Position numbers and translations under genes: made by a program. Under the pieces are notes generated by a model. That model had not been told where the DNA came from, ran no database searches, and was given only the letters and a program-made list of their open reading frames with translations. From Prorocentrum cordatum (Eukaryota), in contig CAUYUJ010000034.1 in NCBI GenBank assembly GCA_963575745.1, positions 62,001 to 119,367 of the forward strand: a stretch of 57,367 nt of DNA. Direction: 5' to 3'. Positions 50,943 to 57,367 of this stretch are shown one piece after another. The first letter of the stretch is position 1, and the number at the start of each line of letters is the position of its first letter.

Positions 50943-53900
50943 CTGGCGCCGGCGGTGAACCGTCAACCTGGTCACCGCCGGGAACCTCGTAGAGCTCCTT
51001 GAATCCGTGAGAAAGCTCAGCATCAAAGCGGGAGCTTCTGGAGCTTTTCTACAAAAACTTCAAGTTGACATTTTTTCGGAGTCAACATGAAGTCGGTTCC
51101 TTAAGTGAACTGGTACTGAAAATCACTCTAGATGGCCGAGCTGATCAGGGAACGAAGTTTATATCTCAATGCTCGGAGTAAAAATCTGCTTTTTTCAAAA
51201 TGAATTGTCAAATATCTTTCAAAAAATTGCAAAACCACCCAAAAGTTGTCACATTGTCCGCCTCGGCTGGCTGGACCAAAGTTCTCACTCCCAGCGAAGC
51301 TATTCATATGAAGTCTCGCGCTCTCAGTGAGAGCGCGAGACCATTCTGCGTCGACAAAAATGCACCAGAACTCTCTAGGTCACCCATAGATCGATATAAA
51401 TTAGAAAAAAAATCATCCGACACAAAAAATATAAAATTGTACAAATCGATATTTTCATTGATTTTGAAAATTCAAATCAATTTGGGCACTCTCGAGGCTC
51501 CCATTCGATGTCTCGCATTCGCTACTTCGATTGAATGTACCTGGCATGGCAATATAATAGACATGCACTCAGCTCCGACTTATCATCGGAACACCGTTCG
51601 CAACACGCATACATAGAGACCGTGTTTCGAGCATAACTCCTGACTCAGCCATTTCTAGGAACTCTCGAGCTTCCAGTGTGACGCGCCAGATCATTCTGCA
51701 TCGACTGGTGTGCGTGAGAGGTCTGTAGCTTGCTGACAGCTCGAGTTAAGTAAAGCCAACCACCGTCACCTGCCAAACTGCACTGCAGGCACAGTCGGTT
51801 CCTGCAAGTCTTTTGACAGTAATATTGCCCCTAGAGCCCTGAAAATTTTACCAGCAGGTGCGCCATAGCTTACTGTATGTGAGAAAAATCCGTTTTCTGA
51901 AAACGAATTGCCAAATCTTGCACAAAGTTTCAAAAACCGACCCCAGGTTAACACATTGTCTCTTTTGGTCGGGTCGGCCAATGGCGCCGGCGGTGAACCG
52001 TCAACCTGCTCACCGCCGGGAACCTCGTAGAGCTCCTTGAATCCGTGAGAAAGCTCAGCATCAAAGCGGGAGCTTCTGGGAGCTTTTCTACAAAAACTTC
52101 AAGTTGAGATTTTTTCGGAGTCAACATGAAGTCGGTTCCTTGAAGTGAACTGGTACTGAAAATGACTCTAGATGGCCGAGCTGATCAGGGAACGAAGTTT
52201 ATATCTCAATGCTCGGAGTAAAAATCTGCTTTTCCAAAATGAATTGTCAAATATCTTTCGAAAAATTGCAAAACCACCCAAAAGTTGTCACATTGTCCGC
52301 CTCGGCCGGCTGGACCAAAGTTCTCACTCCCAGCGAAGCTATTCATATGAAGTCTCGCGCTCTCAGTGAGAGCGCGAGACCATTCTGCGTCGACAAAAAT
52401 GCACAGAACTCTCTAGGTCACCCATAGATCGATATAAATTAGAAAAAAAATCATCCGACACAAAAAATACAAAATTGTACAAATCGATATTTTTCAATGA
52501 TTTTGAAAATTCTAATCAATTTGGGCACTCTCGAGGCTCCCATTCGATGTCTCGCATGTCGCTACTTCGATTGGAATGTACCTGGCATGCATAGCATGCA
52601 CTCAGCTCGAATTATCATCAAAACACCGTTCGCAACACGCATACATAGAGACAGTATTTCGAGCATAACTCCTGACTCAGCCATTTCTAGGAACTCTCGA
52701 GCTTCCAGTGTGACGCGCCAGATCATTCTGCATCGACTGGTGTGCGTGAGAGGTCTGTAGCTTGCTGACAGCTCGAGTTAAGTAAAGCCAACACCGTCAC
52801 CTGCCAAACTGCACTGCAGGCAAAGTCGGTTCCTGCAAGTCTTTTGACAGTAATATTGCCCCTAGAGCCCTGAAAATTTTACCAGCAGGTGCGCCATAGC
52901 TACTGTATGTGAGAAAAATCCGTTTTCTGAAAACGAATTGTCAAATCTTGCACAAAGTTTCAAAAACCGACCCCAGGTTAACACATTGTCTCTTTTGGTC
53001 GGGTCGGCCAACTAGCTCCACCCTGCGCCCGAATTCCTCTTAGCTCATCTCGTCGAAGAGCTCTACGAGGTACTAGCTGCACCCCGCGCCCGAATTCCTC
53101 TAGCTCATCGATGCCGAAGAGCTCTACGAGGTACTGGCGCCGGCGGTGAACCGTCAACCTGGTCACCGCCGGGAACCTCGTAGAGCTCCTTGAATCCGTG
53201 AGAAAGCTCAGCATCAAAGCGGGAGCTTCTGGGAGCTTTTCTACAAAAACTTCAAGTTGAGATTTTTTTCGGAGTCAACATGAAGTCGGTTCCTTCAAGT
53301 GAACTGGTACTGAAAATGACTCTAGATGGCCGAGCTGATCAGGGAACGAAGTTTATATCTCAATGCTCGGAGTAAAAATCTGCTTTTTCAAAATGAATTG
53401 TCAAATATCATTCAAAAAATTGCAAAACCACCCAACAGTTGTCACATTGTCCGCCTCGGCCGGCTGGACCAAAGTTCTTACTCCCACGCAAAGCTATTCA
53501 TTATAATAAAAAAGTCAGAGGGAAGCGGGGGGGGGGTGTGTTTGAGGGCCTCCCACAAATCGACAATGACCAGACCCACAGACAATAACCTGAAAAGTCT
53601 CGCGCTCTCAGTGAGAGCGCGAGACCATTTCTGCGTCGTCGAAAAAAATGCACCAGAACTCTCAAGGTTCACCCATAGAAATCGATATACATTAGAAAAA
53701 AAATCACCGACACAAAAAATACTAAAATTTGTACAAATCGATCTTTTTCATTGATTTTTAGAAAATTCTAATCAAATTGCACTCTCGAGGCACCCATTCG
53801 ATGTCTCCGCATGTCCGCATACTTCGTTGAAATGTAACCTGGCATGCAAGCATGACACTCACTCGAGTTATCATCGAAACACCGTTCGCAACACGCATAC

Positions 53901-56900
53901 ATAGAGACAGTATTTCGAGCATAACTCCTGACTCAGCCATTTCTAGGAACTCTCGAGCTTCCAGTGTGACGCGCCAGGTCATTCTGCATCGACTGGTGTG
54001 CGTGAGAGATCTGTAGCTTGCTGACAGCTCGAGTTAAGTAAAGCCAACCACCGTCACCTGCCAAACTGCACTGCAGGCAAAGTCGGTTCCCGCAAGTCTT
54101 TTGACAGTAATATTGCCCCTAGATCCTGAAAACTGGCGCCTCCGGCGGTGAAAAACCGTCAACACTGGTCACCGGCCGGGAAACCTCCGTAGGAACCCTT
54201 GAAAATCCGTGAGAAATCCCTCAGCATCAAAGCGGAGCTTCTGGGAGCTTTCTACAAAAACTCAAGTTGAGATTTGTTACGGAGTCAACATGAAAGTCGG
54301 TTCCATTCAAGTAACTGGTACTGCACAAAAATGACTCAAGATGGCCGAGCTGATCAGGGAACGAAGTTATATCTCAATGCTCGGAAAAAACTCTGCTTTT
54401 CAAAATGAATTTGTCAAATATCTTTCAAAAAATTGCAAAACCACCAAAATTAGTCACATTCGCCGCCTCGGCCGGACTGGACCCAAGGTCTCTACTCCCA
54501 GCGAAAGCTATCATATGAAGTGCTCTCCATTGAGATGCGCGAATCCATTCTGGACGTCGACACACATGCACCAGAACTCTCTAGGTCACCCATAGATCGA
54601 TATAAATTAGAAAAAAATCATCCGACACAAAAATACAAAATTGTACAAATCGATATTTTTCATTGATTTTGAAAATTCTAATCAATTTGGGCACTCTCGA
54701 GGCTCCCATTCGATGTCTCGCATGTCGCTACTTCGATTGGAATGTACCTGGCATGCATAGCATGCACTCAGCTCGAGTTATCATCGAAACACCGTTCGCC
54801 ACACGCATACATAGAGACAGTATTTCAAGCATAACTCCTGACTCAGCCATTTCTAGGAACTCTAGAGCTTCAATGGATTTTGAAAATTCTAATCAATTTG
54901 GGCACTCACGAGGCTCCCATTCGATGTCTCGCATGTCGCTACTTCGATTGGAATGTACCTGGCATGCATAGCATGCACTCAGCTCGAGTTATCAACGAAA
55001 CACCGTTCGCAACACGCATACATAGAGACAGTATTTCGAGCATAACTCCTGACTCAGCCATTTCTAGGAACTCTCGAGCTTCCAGTGTGACGCGCCAGAT
55101 CATTCTGCATCGACTGGTGTGCGTGAGAGATCTGTAGCTTGCTGACAGCTCGAGTTAAGTAAAGCCAACCACCGTCACCTGCCAAACTGCACTGCAGGCA
55201 AAGTCGGTTCCCGCAAGTCTTTTGACAGTAATATTGCCCCTAGAGCTCTGAAAATTTACCAGCAGATGCGCCATAGCTTATTGTAGGTAGGAAAAATCCA
55301 ACTTATGAAAACTAATTCTCAAATCTTGCACAATGTTCCAAAAACCGACCCCAGGTTACCACATTGTCTCTTTTGGTCGGGTCGGCCAACTAGCTCCATC
55401 CTGCGTCCGAATTCCTCTTAGCTCATCTCGTCGAAGAGCTTTACGAGGTATTTTACCAGCAGATGCGCCAGAGCTTATTGTAGGTAGGAGCAATCCAACT
55501 TATGAAAACGAATTGTCAAATCTTGCACAATGTTCCAAAAACCGACCCCAGGTTAACACATTGTCTCTTTTGGTCGGGTCGGCCAACTGGCGCCGGCGGT
55601 GAATCGTCAACCTGGTCACCGCCGGGAACCTCGTAGAGCTCCTTTCACGCGTAAGAGTGCTCAGAATCGAAAGATAAAGCTTCTGGAAGCATTTCTCGAA
55701 AAAGGGAAAACATGATTTTTTTCGTGTCGACGAAGATGGTTCTCCCAAGTGTTTTCATAGTAAAAGTGCGCCTACAAAGCTCACATTAAGACAGAGAGAC
55801 CCTCATAGTCGTTTACAGGTGCGAAAAATCTGCTTTCTCAAAATGAATTGTCAAATATCTTTCAAAAAATCGCAAAACCACCCAAAAGTTACCACTTTGT
55901 CCTTTCTGGCCGGGTGGGCCAAACTGGGCGCCGGCGGTAAACCGTCAACCTTTCTTACCGCCGGGGGACTCGTAGAGCTTCCTGACAATATATACTGTGG
56001 AAAAAAATTCGAAAGAACGACTATTTTTTGAGCCCAAGCGATTTCAGACCTCTCAAGATGACGCTAACAAAAAACGAACAGTTTCGCAACCCAGTTCGAG
56101 TATCAAACCGAGTTGAGACCTCTGAATGCGACAGGCGGGCGCGTCTGATATCTGCGAATCCACTCATGTGATTCCCAGCACTGAAGCCCCCCTACAGCCC
56201 GAGTTGAGTGCAGAAAACCGACAGTATCGATTCGAATAATATAATAGTTTTGCGAACCTAGTTCGAGCAGCAGACCGAGTTCCGAGCTCTGGAATCGACC
56301 GAAAGACGTGCCTGATGTGTGCAAATCGATATGTCCTTTCTTGTCTTTCCTGGCCGGGTGGGCCAACTGGCGCCGGCGGTGAACCGTCAACCTGGACACC
56401 GCCGGGAACCTCGTAGAGCTCCTTGAATCCGTGAGAAAGCTCAGCATCAAAGCGGGAGCTTCTGGGAGCTTTTCTACAAAAACTTCAAGTTGAGATTTTT
56501 TCGGAGTCAACATGAAGTCGGTTCCTTCAAGTGAACTGGTACTGAAAATGACTCTAGATGGCCGAGCTGATCAGGGAACGAAGTTTATATCTCAATGCTC
56601 GGAGTAAAAATCTGCTTTTTCCAAATGAATTGTCAAATATCTTTCAAAAAATTGCAAAACCACCCAAAAGTTGTCACATTGTCCGCCTCGGCCGGCTGGA
56701 CCAAAGTTCTCACTCCCAGCGAAGCTATTCATATGAAGTCTCGCGCTCTCAGTGAGAGCGCGAGACCATTCTGCGTCGACAAACAAGCACCAGAACTCTC
56801 TAGGTCACCCATAGATCGATATAAATTAGAAAAAAAATCATCCGACACAAAAAATACAAAATTGTACAAATCGATATTTTTCATTGATTTTGAAAAATCT

Positions 56901-57367
56901 AATCAATTTGGGCACTCTCGAGGCTCCCATTCGATGTCTCGCATGTCGCTACTTCGATTGGAATGTACCTGGCATGCATAGCATGCACTCAGCTCGAGTT
57001 ATCATCGAAACAACGTTCGCAACACGCATACATAGAGACAGTATTTCGAGCATAACTCCTGACTCAGCCATTTCTAGGAACTCTCGAGCTTCCAGTGTGA
57101 CGCGCCAGATCAATCTGCATCGACTGGTGTGCGTGAGAGGTCTGTAGCTTGCTGACAGCTCGAGTTAAGTAAAGCCAACCACCGTCACCTGCCAAACTGC
57201 ACTGCAGGCAAAGTCGGTTCCTGCAAGTCTTTTGACAGTAATATTGCCCCTAGAGCCCTGAAAATTTACCAGCAGATGCGCCATAGCTTATTGTAGGTAG
57301 GAAAAATCCAACTTATGAAAACGAATTTTCAAATCTTGCACAATGTTCCAAAAATCGACCCCAGGTT
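50943..57367 (-). mobile_element. Five closely related copies of a chimeric ~1.1-kb element (B head + ~510-bp unique core + C-like tail)
   Basis: Copies start at 50943, ~51982, 53134, 54133 and 56367. The core carries the 29-bp palindrome GTCTCGCGCTCTCAGTGAGAGCGCGAGAC (51313, 52352, 53597, 56738; degenerate ~54520). Confidence 0.8.

Larger units (their letters stand above)
2287..57367 (-). mobile_element. Nested cluster of non-autonomous Helentron/HINE-like elements (families A, B, C and derivatives)
   Basis: Dozens of plus-strand left ends CTGG(G)CGCCGGCGGTRAACCGTCAACC..TYACCGCCGG..CTCGTAGAGCT and right ends AGCTCTACGAG(G/T)TA. Flanks rejoin to intact parent sequence without TSD. Confidence 0.75.

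Noticed and set aside
53500..53596. Unique ~90-bp insert with a G run beside the palindrome
   Set aside because: Present in one noisy copy only, next to a strong hairpin; probably a base-calling artefact.

Overview
Eukaryotic repeat-dense DNA with no host genes; the organism cannot be determined from the sequence. 1-2286 is the 5' part of a non-LTR (LINE) retrotransposon on the minus strand. Its ORF1-like frame and an APE-endonuclease ORF2 lie in the same reading frame, separated by one TGA followed by CGG. About 2.3-57.4 kb is a nest of non-autonomous elements with Helentron/HINE-like (rolling-circle) architecture. On the minus strand each starts T(A/C)-CTCGTAGAGCT (subterminal inverted repeat, subTIR) and ends subTIR + 10-bp GC stem-loop + CCAG. 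They insert 5' of a T, usually in T-rich sites, with no target duplication. The long family (A, 1.1-1.4 kb) carries ordered 177-178 bp tandem monomers; short families (B, C) are about 400 bp. Almost all copies share one orientation and sit inside each other near one terminus. Split targets rejoin in last-in-first-out order, about 9 levels deep across 3.9-22.2 kb. Three retroposed inserts with target-site duplications (TSDs) interrupt the terminal hairpin at the same position, and the LINE's 5' junction also abuts a hairpin remnant. A degraded retroelement fragment (16.5-17.4 kb) shows RNase H motifs in permuted order. No Rep/helicase transposase is in the window, so the Helentron assignment rests on terminal structure. 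Most short ORFs in the track are shadows of repeats.
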